DNA from: Chloroflexota bacterium
GTDB taxonomy: Bacteria > Chloroflexota > Anaerolineae > UBA7937 > B3-Chlor
NCBI GenBank assembly: GCA_030613785.1
Contig: JAUWLF010000007.1
Coordinates: 4,191-68,190, forward strand
Length of the DNA stretch: 64,000 bases
Reading direction: 5' to 3'
The notes below the pieces were generated by a model. The model was given only the letters and a program-made list of their open reading frames with translations, did not search any database and was not told the origin of the DNA. The position numbers and the translations under genes were made by a program. This document shows positions 19,851 through 29,568 of the stretch, piece after piece. Numbering within the stretch: the first letter of the stretch is position 1; every line of letters begins with the position of its first letter.

Positions 19851-21761
19851 TTGCCCTCCGTCGCCGAGTCGCTTGCCGAAAGGATTGACGGATTGAGCGA
19901 ATTGAGACAAGAGGTACTTCTCGGAAACGAGGCTATCGCACGAGGCATAGTGGAGAGTGGATGCCATGTGGTAGCCTCTTATCCAGGTACGCCCAGTTCC
20001 GAGATCTTGCCTGCGGTCGTGAGGTTCAAGAAGGAACTGCGATTGGACACCCACGTAGAGTGGAGTATCAACGAGAAAGTGGCCTACGAGGTGGCGCTGG
20101 CCGCGAGCTACACCGGCAAGAGGGCAGCGGTGATCATGAAACAGGTGGGGCTCAATGTGGCCGCTGACCCGTTGATGAGCTCCGCGTACACAGGTGTCAA
20201 AGGTGGTTTCGTCATCATCTGCTGTGACGACCCTGGTCCTCACTCCTCTCAGACGGAGCAAGATACGCGATTCTTCGCCATGTTCGCTAAGGTGCCCGCT
20301 TTGGATCCTTCCAGCCCGCGAGAGGCCAAGGAGATGGTCAAAGCCGCGTTCGAGCTCTCGGAGAAGCACCGTCTTCCGGTCATCTTGCGTCCCGCGATCC
20401 GCGTTTCCCACGCCAGACAGAACATCACGTTTGCGCCAGTGCCCCAACTGGAGAGGCTCGCTGATTTCGAGAAGGATCCAGGCCGCTGGGCGGCCACGCC
20501 TCGCTTTCGCTACGTGCTGCACAAGGAGCTGAATGAAAAGCTGGCCACAATCGAGGAGGAGTTCGAGGCGTCGGAATTCAACGTACTTCACGAAGGCGAA
20601 GACAATAGACTGGGTTTCATCGCCGCGGGGACCAGCTATGTGGTACTGACTGACACCTTGCGTGAGTTGAGCCTAGAAGGGCGGTTTCCTATTCTGAGAA
20701 TCGGGACTCCCCATCCTCTGCCACAGAGCCTGGCGGCAGACTTCGTCTCCGGGTGCGATCAGGTGCTGGTGTTGGAGGAACCCGACGCCGTTATCGAGTT
20801 GCAGATCCTGGACAAGAGCAAGGTGCTGGGGCGATACAACGGCGTGGTGCCTTCGGCAGGCGAGCTGACGCCGGAAGTGGTGTATCGAATTCTGGCAGTG
20901 CAGATGGAGAAGCTGGGCGTAGATTTGGCTCCCGGGATAGATCCCGATGAGTTGGCGAAGCTAGTCGCTGGCTTGGAGCTTCCGATTCGACGACCACGGT
21001 TGTGCCCCGGCTGTGGGCATCGAGCCGCTTTTTTTGCCATGAAGAGGGCTTTGGGCTCGAAAGCCATCTATCCTGGCGACATTGGGTGCTACACTCTGGG
21101 TCTGAATCTGAAGGCAGTGGACACCTGTCTCGATATGGGAGGGGCTATCACCATCGCCAGTGGATTGTATCAGGCCTACCACCAAGACAGCGAGGACGTG
21201 CCCATCGCCGCCACCATTGGCGATTCCACTTTCCTGCATGCAGGAGTTCCTGCGTTGGCCAGTGCTGTGCACAACCAGGCTCGCTTTGTGCTGGTCATCC
21301 TTGACAACAGCATCACCGCCATGACGGGCATGCAGCCCACGGCAGACTCGGGCATCCTCGCCGACGGCCGGCAGGGCCAAAGGGTGGCCATCAAGGATCT
21401 GGTGCGGGCCTGTGGGGTGAGGTTTGTCGAGGAGATGGATCCCTACCGGGTGAGCGACTTCGAAACGCTGGTCAAGCGCGCGCGGGAGCATACCCGTCAG
21501 CCGGATGGGGCAGTCGCCGTCATCATAGCCAAGCGTCCGTGCGTTCTCTACGATCCCACATCCCTGCAGGAGAATCCGGTGCGGGTAACCGTGACCGAGG
21601 AGTGCGATGGCTGCAAGTACTGTCTGCTTGCCTTCGAGTGTCCGGCTCTGGTGCTGGATGAGGCTCTGAACCGGGTGGAGATTGATCGACGTATCTGTGT
21701 CAACTGCGGAGTGTGTATAGAGGCTTGTCCGAAGGCGTGCATTGTTGAGGCGAAGGAATGA
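19851..21761 (+). CDS. iorA: Indolepyruvate:ferredoxin oxidoreductase alpha subunit
   Basis: LLGNEAIARG, YPGTPSSE, MKQVGLNVAAD, LCPGCGH, GDIGCY, GDSTF..GDN TPP motif and C-terminal 2x[4Fe-4S]. Confidence 0.93.
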   Translation: MPSVAESLAERIDGLSELRQEVLLGNEAIARGIVESGCHVVASYPGTPSSEILPAVVRFKKELRLDTHVEWSINEKVAYEVALAASYTGKRAAVIMKQVGLNVAADPLMSSAYTGVKGGFVIICCDDPGPHSSQTEQDTRFFAMFAKVPALDPSSPREAKEMVKAAFELSEKHRLPVILRPAIRVSHARQNITFAPVPQLERLADFEKDPGRWAATPRFRYVLHKELNEKLATIEEEFEASEFNVLHEGEDNRLGFIAAGTSYVVLTDTLRELSLEGRFPILRIGTPHPLPQSLAADFVSGCDQVLVLEEPDAVIELQILDKSKVLGRYNGVVPSAGELTPEVVYRILAVQMEKLGVDLAPGIDPDELAKLVAGLELPIRRPRLCPGCGHRAAFFAMKRALGSKAIYPGDIGCYTLGLNLKAVDTCLDMGGAITIASGLYQAYHQDSEDVPIAATIGDSTFLHAGVPALASAVHNQARFVLVILDNSITAMTGMQPTADSGILADGRQGQRVAIKDLVRACGVRFVEEMDPYRVSDFETLVKRAREHTRQPDGAVAVIIAKRPCVLYDPTSLQENPVRVTVTEECDGCKYCLLAFECPALVLDEALNRVEIDRRICVNCGVCIEACPKACIVEAKE

Positions 21762-21762
21762 G

Positions 21763-22314
21763 ATGGACTTGAAGATGATCCTGGCTGGTGTGGGAGGACA
21801 GGGGGTCCTCTTCGCCACCAGGGTATTCTCCGAGACGGCGCTGGCCCTAGGCTACGATGTGCTGGGCTCGGAAACCCATGGTATGAGCCAGCGAGGAGGG
21901 TCCGTCGTCTCGCATCTGAAGATAGACGGCTACGAGAGCCCTCTGATTCGGCAGGGCACGGCTGATGTCCTGCTCTCCTTCGATGAGGATGAGGCGTACC
22001 GCACCTTAGCTTTTGTCAGACGCGGGGGCCTCTGCTTCGTTAGCAGTCCTCATGGCGATTTCTGGGACAACGGGGTGAAGGCGTACCTGACCAAGAACAA
22101 CATTGCAGCTCACAGCCTTGCAGCCGACGAGATAGCTCTGGAACTGGGCTCTCCGCGGTCTGCCAACCTGGCTCTCATCGGCTATGCTGTGAGCGTTCCG
22201 GAGGTGCGCTTCGGCTACGATGAGATCAAGGCCACGATTGAGCGCATCAGCCCGTCAAGATTCAAGGAGGTCAACTTGAGAGCTTTTGAGGGCGGCTACG
22301 GGAGGAAACAATGA
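21763..22314 (+). CDS. iorB: Indolepyruvate:ferredoxin oxidoreductase beta subunit
   Basis: GVGGQG and SETHGMSQRGGSV. Confidence 0.93.
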   Translation: MDLKMILAGVGGQGVLFATRVFSETALALGYDVLGSETHGMSQRGGSVVSHLKIDGYESPLIRQGTADVLLSFDEDEAYRTLAFVRRGGLCFVSSPHGDFWDNGVKAYLTKNNIAAHSLAADEIALELGSPRSANLALIGYAVSVPEVRFGYDEIKATIERISPSRFKEVNLRAFEGGYGRKQ

Positions 22315-23186
22315 AGTGGGAGAAGTACCTCTTCCCCGCCTCGATTGAAGAGGCCCTGGCGATGCTGGAAGAGCACCAAGGCAGGGCGAGGGTGATTGCT
22401 GGCGGGACAGACCTAGTGCCGGAGCTGAAGCGGAGGGAACGCGAGGTGGAGTGCCTGGTGGACATCAGCCGCCTGGAGGAGTTGAAAGGCATCCAGCTTG
22501 AAGGAGACGTGATCAGGGTCGGTGCCTCCGTCACACACCAACAGTTGGCGGCCTCTGACCTCATCCGCGAAAGGGCCACTGCGTTGGCTGAGGGTGCGCA
22601 TGCGGTTGGATCTCCACAGATACGCTACATGGGCACGGTGGGCGGTAATATCGTCAACGCTCAACCCGCTGCGGACACAGCCATTCCCCTGATGGCCTTG
22701 GATGCAGAGGCTGAGATCGTGAGCTGTGAGGGATCCCGTGCTGAGCCACTGGAGAGCCTATATGTCAGACCAGGGGAATCCACCGTGGACGCCAGTACTG
22801 AGATCCTCGTAGCTTTGCGCTTTCGGGGCTTGGACGGCAATGAAGGCTCCGCCTTCGCTCGGTTGGCAAAGCGAAAGGCTCTGGCGCTGCCCATCTTGAA
22901 CGCGGCGGTGGTAGCCAGCTTGAACGGAGCTGGAACGGCCTTCGAAGAGGTGAGATTGGCCCTCGGCCCCGTGGCCCTCATACCGTTCCGTGCTCGAAAG
23001 GCCGAGGAGGCTCTGCGGGGAAAGGCGATCGAGACTGAGGCCATCGCTTCCGCGTTGGAGATAGCGAGCGAAGAGGCACAGCCGCGAAGCAACCCCTTGC
23101 GGGCCACACGAGAGTATCGCCAAGAGATGGTTAGGGTCTTGCTGAGGCGTGCCCTCCAGAGGGCCGTGGAGTCCGCGCAGTCGTGA
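22311..23186 (+). CDS. Xanthine-dehydrogenase-family Mo enzyme 1, FAD subunit
   Basis: IAGGTDL and GSPQIRYMGTVGGNI..A.PAAD. Confidence 0.9.
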   Translation: MKWEKYLFPASIEEALAMLEEHQGRARVIAGGTDLVPELKRREREVECLVDISRLEELKGIQLEGDVIRVGASVTHQQLAASDLIRERATALAEGAHAVGSPQIRYMGTVGGNIVNAQPAADTAIPLMALDAEAEIVSCEGSRAEPLESLYVRPGESTVDASTEILVALRFRGLDGNEGSAFARLAKRKALALPILNAAVVASLNGAGTAFEEVRLALGPVALIPFRARKAEEALRGKAIETEAIASALEIASEEAQPRSNPLRATREYRQEMVRVLLRRALQRAVESAQS

Positions 23187-23199
23187 GAAAAGGAGGCAG

Positions 23200-23682
23200 A
23201 TGGAACTCGAGGGAGCACGAGCTATGGTATCTCTGACTATGACTCTGAATAACGAGGAGGTCACGATAGAGGTCGGGCCTGACGCGTTGCTGGTGGATGT
23301 GCTGCGCGATCAACTTGAGCTAACGGGAACCAAGGAGGCGTGTGGGGAGGGTGAGTGTGGAGCCTGCACTGTGCTGCTGGACGGAGAACCGGTGACCTCT
23401 TGTCTGGTGCCGGCCCTGAAGGCTCAGGGGCGCGAGGTAATGACAGTAGAGGGCCTGGCCTCCGGCGGGGAACTCCACCCTCTTCAGAAGGCCTTCATCG
23501 AACACGGCGCAGTACAATGCGGGTACTGCACGCCTGGGATGTTGATGTCGGCCAAGGCGTTGCTGGACAAAAACCCGCACCCGACCGAGGGGGAGATCAG
23601 GCAGGCGATCTCTGGTAACCTCTGCCGCTGCACGGGATACGTGAAGATTGTTGAAGCTATCGAGGCGGCTAGCGAAGACTGA
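23200..23682 (+). CDS. Mo enzyme 1, 2x[2Fe-2S] subunit
   Basis: CGEGECGACTV, QCGYCTPG and GNLCRCTGY. Confidence 0.93.
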   Translation: MELEGARAMVSLTMTLNNEEVTIEVGPDALLVDVLRDQLELTGTKEACGEGECGACTVLLDGEPVTSCLVPALKAQGREVMTVEGLASGGELHPLQKAFIEHGAVQCGYCTPGMLMSAKALLDKNPHPTEGEIRQAISGNLCRCTGYVKIVEAIEAASED

Positions 23683-23706
23683 CCAGTTTCTGTGGAGGAA
23701 GTAGTA

Positions 23707-25980
23707 ATGTCGGAAGAGCTCTTCTATGTAGGAAGGCGAGTGCCCAAGCTAGACGCACCGGCCAAGGTCACTGGCCAAGTCGTATACGGCCATGACATGA
23801 AGCTACCGCGGATGCTTCACGGCAAGATCCTCAGGAGCAAGCACGCGCACGCTCGCATATTGAACATCGATACCAGCAGGGCGAAGGCGTTGCCTGGAGT
23901 GAAGGCCGTGATCACCGCTGAAGATACCCCTGAGATCAGGATCGGTTGGGCGCGTGATCATCCCGTTTTGAAATCGGGCAAGGTTCGGTCCATACGGGAT
24001 GAGATTGCCGCGGTGGCGGCCGTCGATGAGTACACTGCGCAAGAGGCTCTAGAACTGATCAAAGTCGAATACGAGGAATTGCCTGGAGTATTCGATCCTG
24101 AAGAGGCCATTAAGCCGGGCGCTCCCATCATTCATGAAGAGGCGCCAAACAACATCCAGGAGAAGATGCGGCAGTCCTATTTCCACGGCGATGTGCACCA
24201 GGGTTTCGTTGAGTCCGATGTCGTGATTGAAGATCGTTTGCGGCTGCCCTTCGTTACCCACTGCTGCATGGGCACTTGCTTCTGTCTGGCCAGTTTCAGC
24301 CCTTCGGGGGACTTGACGGTCTGGAGTTCGACGCAGATGCCCTTCTTATATCAGCGTGACCTGAGCATGGCGCTGGGGATACCGGCCACCAAGATCAGGG
24401 TTATCAAGGTAACGATGGGTGGTGCCTTCGGCAGCAAACTGGACATGTATCCCTTCGAGCCTATCTGCATCCTGCTGGCCCAGAAGACGGGCTGCCCGGT
24501 GAGGATTACCTTCACTCGTGAAGAGGAGTTCATCGCATCTCCGACCCGGCAGCCGGTGATCTGTGACATCAAGAGTGGGGCAAAGAAGGATGGCACTCTG
24601 ATGGCCCGGCAGGTCAGCATGATTCTGGACAATGGCGCGTATAGCTCATGGGGAGCAACGACTCCGCTTGTCATGATGCAGAGCATCTCTTCCCTCTATC
24701 GCGTTCCCAACGTCAAGTATGACGTAGTGGTGGCCTATACCAACAACCTCTACAGCGGCGCAATGAGGGGGTACGGAAACCCTCAGGCCACTTTCGTGAT
24801 CGAGTGCCACATGGACATGCTGGCCCACGAACTGGGTATGGACCCCATGCAGTTTCGGCTGAAGAACGCCAACCAACCCGGCGATGTGACCGGCCAGGGG
24901 GTGAAGATAACCACCTGTGGCCTTACTGAATGCATCGAGAGGGCAGCCGACAGCGTAGCCTGGGTGGAGAAACGGGCCAAGCCGGGGAACCGAGGCGTGG
25001 GTATGGCGGCCATGATTCATGTAGGCGGCGGAGCGCGGATCTATCCGTCCGATGGCTGCGGAAGCACAGTGAAAGTGGATGACTATGGCAAGGTCACCCT
25101 GGTTACTGGCTCCACCGACATGGGACAGGGATCGGAGACGGTCTTGGCCCAGATCGTGGCCGAGGAGTTGGGAGTCCCGGTCGAGAATGTCACGGTGATC
25201 AATACCGACACTGACATCACACCCTGGGACGTGGGAGCCCACGCCAGCCGCACCACTTTCATAGCTGGCAACTCGGCTCGCTTGGCCGCGGCCGATGCCA
25301 AGGGACAGATCTTGGAGGCGGCGGCCCAGAACATAGGCGAGGATGTGGAAGACCTGGATATGAAGGACGGCAAGATCTTCCGCAAGGGAGAGCCTGAGGA
25401 ATGGATTCCCTTCGCCAAGATGGTGCGCAGCAAGCACTTCCGCCCCGATGGGGATGTGATCTTGGCCAAGGGTTGGTACGAGCCTCCCACAGAGAGACAG
25501 GACAAAGAGTTCCGCGGCAACATCTCGGCTACCTATGGTTTCGCTGCTCAAGCTGTTGAGGTCGAGGTGGACACGGAGACCGGCGAGGTGACGGTGCTGA
25601 AGATCGCGGCTGCCCACGACGTAGGACGAGCCATTAATCCCATGGCGGTGGAGGGGCAGATCCATGGCGGAGTGTCCATGGGTCTGGGATATGGGCTCTA
25701 TGAGGAACTAGTCGTGCAAGAGGGGGAGGTGCTCAACCCTAACTTCGCCGACTATGCGCTGCCTACAGCCCTCGACATGCCTCCCATCGAGTCGATCATC
25801 ATCGAGACCGATGATCCTGCTGGTCCTTTTGGTGCCAAGGGGATGGCGGAGCCGGCCTGCATACCCACGGCCCCGGCCATTGTCAATGCCGTCTATGACG
25901 CGGTCGGGGTGAGGATTCGAGACCTCCCCATCACCCCAGAGAAGGTATTGAATGCTCTGAAGGAGAAGGAGGCGAGATGA
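23707..25980 (+). CDS. Mo enzyme 1, molybdopterin-binding large subunit (candidate indole-ring hydroxylase)
   Basis: SSTQ, GGAFGSK, AMRGYG, GAHASR and KGMAE with catalytic Glu retained. Confidence 0.9.
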   Translation: MSEELFYVGRRVPKLDAPAKVTGQVVYGHDMKLPRMLHGKILRSKHAHARILNIDTSRAKALPGVKAVITAEDTPEIRIGWARDHPVLKSGKVRSIRDEIAAVAAVDEYTAQEALELIKVEYEELPGVFDPEEAIKPGAPIIHEEAPNNIQEKMRQSYFHGDVHQGFVESDVVIEDRLRLPFVTHCCMGTCFCLASFSPSGDLTVWSSTQMPFLYQRDLSMALGIPATKIRVIKVTMGGAFGSKLDMYPFEPICILLAQKTGCPVRITFTREEEFIASPTRQPVICDIKSGAKKDGTLMARQVSMILDNGAYSSWGATTPLVMMQSISSLYRVPNVKYDVVVAYTNNLYSGAMRGYGNPQATFVIECHMDMLAHELGMDPMQFRLKNANQPGDVTGQGVKITTCGLTECIERAADSVAWVEKRAKPGNRGVGMAAMIHVGGGARIYPSDGCGSTVKVDDYGKVTLVTGSTDMGQGSETVLAQIVAEELGVPVENVTVINTDTDITPWDVGAHASRTTFIAGNSARLAAADAKGQILEAAAQNIGEDVEDLDMKDGKIFRKGEPEEWIPFAKMVRSKHFRPDGDVILAKGWYEPPTERQDKEFRGNISATYGFAAQAVEVEVDTETGEVTVLKIAAAHDVGRAINPMAVEGQIHGGVSMGLGYGLYEELVVQEGEVLNPNFADYALPTALDMPPIESIIIETDDPAGPFGAKGMAEPACIPTAPAIVNAVYDAVGVRIRDLPITPEKVLNALKEKEAR

Positions 25981-27170
25981 AGGATCTGTTCACCGATATC
26001 ACGGTGCTGAGCATGGAGCAGGCGACCGTCCTGCCGTATCTCACCTACAGATTGGCTGCTGAGGGCATGAGGGTCATCAGGGTGGAACATCCGGAGCGAG
26101 GTGATCCCAACCGGCTGGTCGGTACCAATGTCCTCGGAGAGGAGGGGATGGATAGCTACTTTCTACCCAACAACGTGGGTAAGAAGGCCATCACCCTGAA
26201 CCTGAGAGGCGAGGAAGGGCCGGCGATCTTGCGTGACCTGATTCTCGAGTTGGATGTGGATGTCTTCGCCTCCAACATGTTGCCGCGGAACTATGCCAAG
26301 CTAGGAATATCCTACGAGCAACTCAGAGCCATCAAGGAAGACATCATCTGGATCGGTATGACTGGCTTCGGGCCGCAGAGTAATGAAGCGGCTTATGACC
26401 CCATCCTGCAAGCCAGGGCTGGGATCATGGACCTGACCGGTGAGCGCGATGGCCCCCCACAGGTGTTTGGGCTGCCCATGGCCGACCTGGGGGCGAGCGA
26501 GCAAGGTTATGGCCAGATCATGAGAGCGCTGTACATTCGGCAGGCCACTGGCGAAGGTTCGCGGGTGGACATTTCCATGTTCCAGAGCTTGGGCTCCTGG
26601 GAGGTGAATCCTGTCATGCTCGCCAAGAGCTTCGGCGCGGAGATCACGCGGCGGGGGAACACTCACGAGTTCTTTGCCCCGGTCTCAGTGTATGAGACCA
26701 AGGATGGATACGTCTACATCGCTGTCGGCAATGACCGGCAGTGGCAGGCCATGACCGAGCTATCAGGGTTCGAGTCGCTAAATCGAGAAGAGCGCACGGT
26801 GAACGCCGGGCGGATAAAGGATGTGGACCGTCTGAATGCCGAGATAAGCGAGATAACTAGGACGAGGATGACCAATGAGCTCATAGAACTGTTCAACAGC
26901 ATAACTGTTCCCATCTCCACAGTTAGTAGCATTGACGACGTAATAGAAGACCCTCTTGTCAAGGACAAGATGATAACAGCCAAGGATCCCCGCACTGGCA
27001 GGGAGGTCTTCTTGCCACCAACGCCGGTTATCACCCCTTACCTGGAGTCGGCGGGAATGCAGATGTCCTTCCCTCCGCGTATGGGCGAGCACAACGAGGA
27101 GATCTACGGAGACATCCTGGGATACGATGCCCAGAAGATGAACGAGTTGAAAGGGGCTGGTGTGATCTGA
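25977..27170 (+). CDS. Class III CoA-transferase (CaiB/BaiF)
   Basis: NNVGKKAITL, AYDPILQA, Asp in PMADL and PPRMGEHN. Confidence 0.88.
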   Translation: MKDLFTDITVLSMEQATVLPYLTYRLAAEGMRVIRVEHPERGDPNRLVGTNVLGEEGMDSYFLPNNVGKKAITLNLRGEEGPAILRDLILELDVDVFASNMLPRNYAKLGISYEQLRAIKEDIIWIGMTGFGPQSNEAAYDPILQARAGIMDLTGERDGPPQVFGLPMADLGASEQGYGQIMRALYIRQATGEGSRVDISMFQSLGSWEVNPVMLAKSFGAEITRRGNTHEFFAPVSVYETKDGYVYIAVGNDRQWQAMTELSGFESLNREERTVNAGRIKDVDRLNAEISEITRTRMTNELIELFNSITVPISTVSSIDDVIEDPLVKDKMITAKDPRTGREVFLPPTPVITPYLESAGMQMSFPPRMGEHNEEIYGDILGYDAQKMNELKGAGVI

Positions 27171-27202
27171 TGAGCCTTTCTGGCAAAGGAGCAGAGTCTG
27201 AG

Positions 27203-28318
27203 ATGCAGGAACTGACGCTCAATGAGAATCTGTTGGCCGCGCCTGTCCATGTGGCCGGCAAACCTATAGAGGAAGTGCGGAGGGAATATGGTCTAGAGAG
27301 GATCATCAAGCTGGCCTCGAACGAGAACCCTCTCGGCCCATCGCCTCTGGCCGTGGAAGCGATCAAGAAGGCTCTCCCAAACGCCCATCGGTATCCGGGA
27401 ACAGTCGAAGCCAATTTGCGTGCGAGGCTGGCCCAGCTCATGGGCGGCGACTTTGACGAAGACAACATCATCATCGGCAATGGTTCGTGCGACGTGCTGC
27501 GTATGGTATGCCTGGCTTTCCTGCATGACGGAGGCGAGAGTGTTGTTTGTCCCTCCACGTTTCCCATGTACAGGATCTACACTCAGATGTTTGGTGGCAA
27601 CCTGGTGCCAGTCGAGGCTCGGGACTATGCCTATGATCTGCCTGCGATGGTGGAGAAGATCGGTGACGCCACGAGGTTGATCTTCGTTTGCAATCCCAAC
27701 AATCCCACAGGCACGATGCTGACCCAGCAGCAGGTTGATGATTTCATGGAGCAAGTGCCCGAGCGGGTGGTAGTGGTGGTCGATGAGGCGTACTACGATT
27801 ACGTTGCTGACGAGCACTACGCCAGCGTCAAGGAGTACATTGAGGAGGGCCGCAACGTCATCTTGACGCGAACCTTCTCCAAGATCCATGGCTTGGCCGG
27901 TCTTCGAGTGGGATATGGCGTTGCCAAGAAGGAGATGATCCAATACTTGCAACACGCCCGTTCACCCTTCCATGTGGGGTCGGTGAACCTGATCGGAGCC
28001 ACAGCTAGCCTGGATGATGTAGAACACATACAGCGGAGCAGAACGCTGAACGCGGCCGAGAAAGAATACCTCTACGAGCAGTTCGACAGACTGGATCTGC
28101 GCCACATTCCCTCTGAAACCAATTTCATACTGCTTCCGGAGTTGAGGCACGACGCGGTGGCTATGAGCGAGGCGCTCTTACGTCAAGGGGTGATCGTGCG
28201 TCCGGCAGGCGGTTTCGGTGTCCCGGGAGCCATTCGAGTGACCATAGGTACGAGGGAGGAGAACGAGCGCCTCGTGTGGGCGCTGGAACAGGTACTGCAC
28301 GAACTGACAGAGGGGTGA
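27203..28318 (+). CDS. Class I/II PLP aminotransferase, HisC-like (probable aromatic amino-acid aminotransferase)
   Basis: KLASNENPLG, NPNNPTG, DEAY and RTFSKIHGLAGLRVGY; no other his genes nearby. Confidence 0.85.
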   Translation: MQELTLNENLLAAPVHVAGKPIEEVRREYGLERIIKLASNENPLGPSPLAVEAIKKALPNAHRYPGTVEANLRARLAQLMGGDFDEDNIIIGNGSCDVLRMVCLAFLHDGGESVVCPSTFPMYRIYTQMFGGNLVPVEARDYAYDLPAMVEKIGDATRLIFVCNPNNPTGTMLTQQQVDDFMEQVPERVVVVVDEAYYDYVADEHYASVKEYIEEGRNVILTRTFSKIHGLAGLRVGYGVAKKEMIQYLQHARSPFHVGSVNLIGATASLDDVEHIQRSRTLNAAEKEYLYEQFDRLDLRHIPSETNFILLPELRHDAVAMSEALLRQGVIVRPAGGFGVPGAIRVTIGTREENERLVWALEQVLHELTEG

Positions 28319-28376
28319 TTCGCTTCCATGGCACGAGGCGTTGAGGAAGCGGGATTCCGCGTCAGAGTAGTGGATC

Positions 28377-29516
28377 ATGGATTTCGGGTTCACCCAGGAT
28401 CAGGAGCTCTTGAAGAGCAGCGTGGCGAGTTTCGTGGACAGGGAGGTCATCCCCGCTGCGGCCCGGATCGATGAGGAGGGCCGCTTTCCCGGCGAGCTAT
28501 TCCGGAAGGCGGGTGAACTGGGGTATTTCGGGATTCGCTATCCAGGGACGTACGGCGGCTCGGGCGGGGACAACGTGATGTTCGCTTTGATGTGCGAGGA
28601 ACTGGCCAGGGGCTGCATGAGTCTGGCCGCCAGTGTTGTCATGCAGTGTCTGATGGGCACTAGTTTCGTTCACCGTTTTGGGACGGAGAAGCAAAGACAG
28701 CAATTGCTTGTTCCCGCCATCCGAGGCGAGAAAATCGGGGTCATCGCCATGACTGAGCCCGATGCCGGGTCTGACCTGGGAGCCATCACAACCAGCGCCT
28801 GCCGCGATCACGACGGCTACGTCTTGAAAGGGCGCAAGACGTGGGTCACCAACGCCAGCCTGGCTGATTTCTTCACGGTGGCTGCCAAGACTGATCCCGA
28901 AGCCGGATTCAGGGGCATTGACATGTTCTTGGTGGAAAAGGAGAGGCCTGGCGTCAGTATCGGAAAGGACATCGCCAAGATGGGGGTGCGGGGTCTAGGG
29001 ACTGGTGAGTTGATCCTGGAGGATTGCCGCATCCCCGCCGACAACCTTTTCGGCAAGGAGGGAACTGGCTTTCGGAACCTGCAAGGGATCCTGGAGGAGA
29101 TCCGCATCATGATGGGATCATTGAGCCTGGGCCTGGGGCAAGCTGCTCTGGACGGGGCCGTGCGATATGCTCAGGAGAGAGTCCAGTTCAACCGTCCCAT
29201 CGCCAAGTTCCAAGCCATCTCCCACAAGTTGGCGGATATGGCTACACAGTTGGAAGCCGCCAGGCTGCTGGTCTATCGGGCGGCCTGGCTTGTTGATCAG
29301 GATGAGCGAGACATGAAACTGGCTTCCATGGCCAAGCTGTTCGCCTCGGAGATGGCCAACCAAGTCGCCGACGGTGCCTCTCGCATCTTCGCCAGCTACG
29401 GGTTCGCCATGGAGTATGATGCACAGCGGTACTTTCGCGACGCACGGTTCCTATTGCTTGGTGGAGGAACATCGGAGGTCCTACGAGGGATCATTGCCTA
29501 CCAGATGTGCCTGTGA
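28377..29516 (+). CDS. Acyl-CoA dehydrogenase family protein 1 (no canonical catalytic Glu)
   Basis: AMTEPDAGSD, GRKTWVTN, RVQFNRPI and GGGTSE. Confidence 0.9.
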   Translation: MDFGFTQDQELLKSSVASFVDREVIPAAARIDEEGRFPGELFRKAGELGYFGIRYPGTYGGSGGDNVMFALMCEELARGCMSLAASVVMQCLMGTSFVHRFGTEKQRQQLLVPAIRGEKIGVIAMTEPDAGSDLGAITTSACRDHDGYVLKGRKTWVTNASLADFFTVAAKTDPEAGFRGIDMFLVEKERPGVSIGKDIAKMGVRGLGTGELILEDCRIPADNLFGKEGTGFRNLQGILEEIRIMMGSLSLGLGQAALDGAVRYAQERVQFNRPIAKFQAISHKLADMATQLEAARLLVYRAAWLVDQDERDMKLASMAKLFASEMANQVADGASRIFASYGFAMEYDAQRYFRDARFLLLGGGTSEVLRGIIAYQMCL

Positions 29517-29568
29517 GGCCGATCATAGAGGCGTAGGCGCCATTACCACTGAAGGGAGCTGAGGAACG

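Noticed and set aside
27203-28318. Histidine-biosynthetic hisC
   Set aside because: No other his genes; embedded in the catabolic unit; the N-terminal Tyr typical of HisC reads His (PVHVAG).
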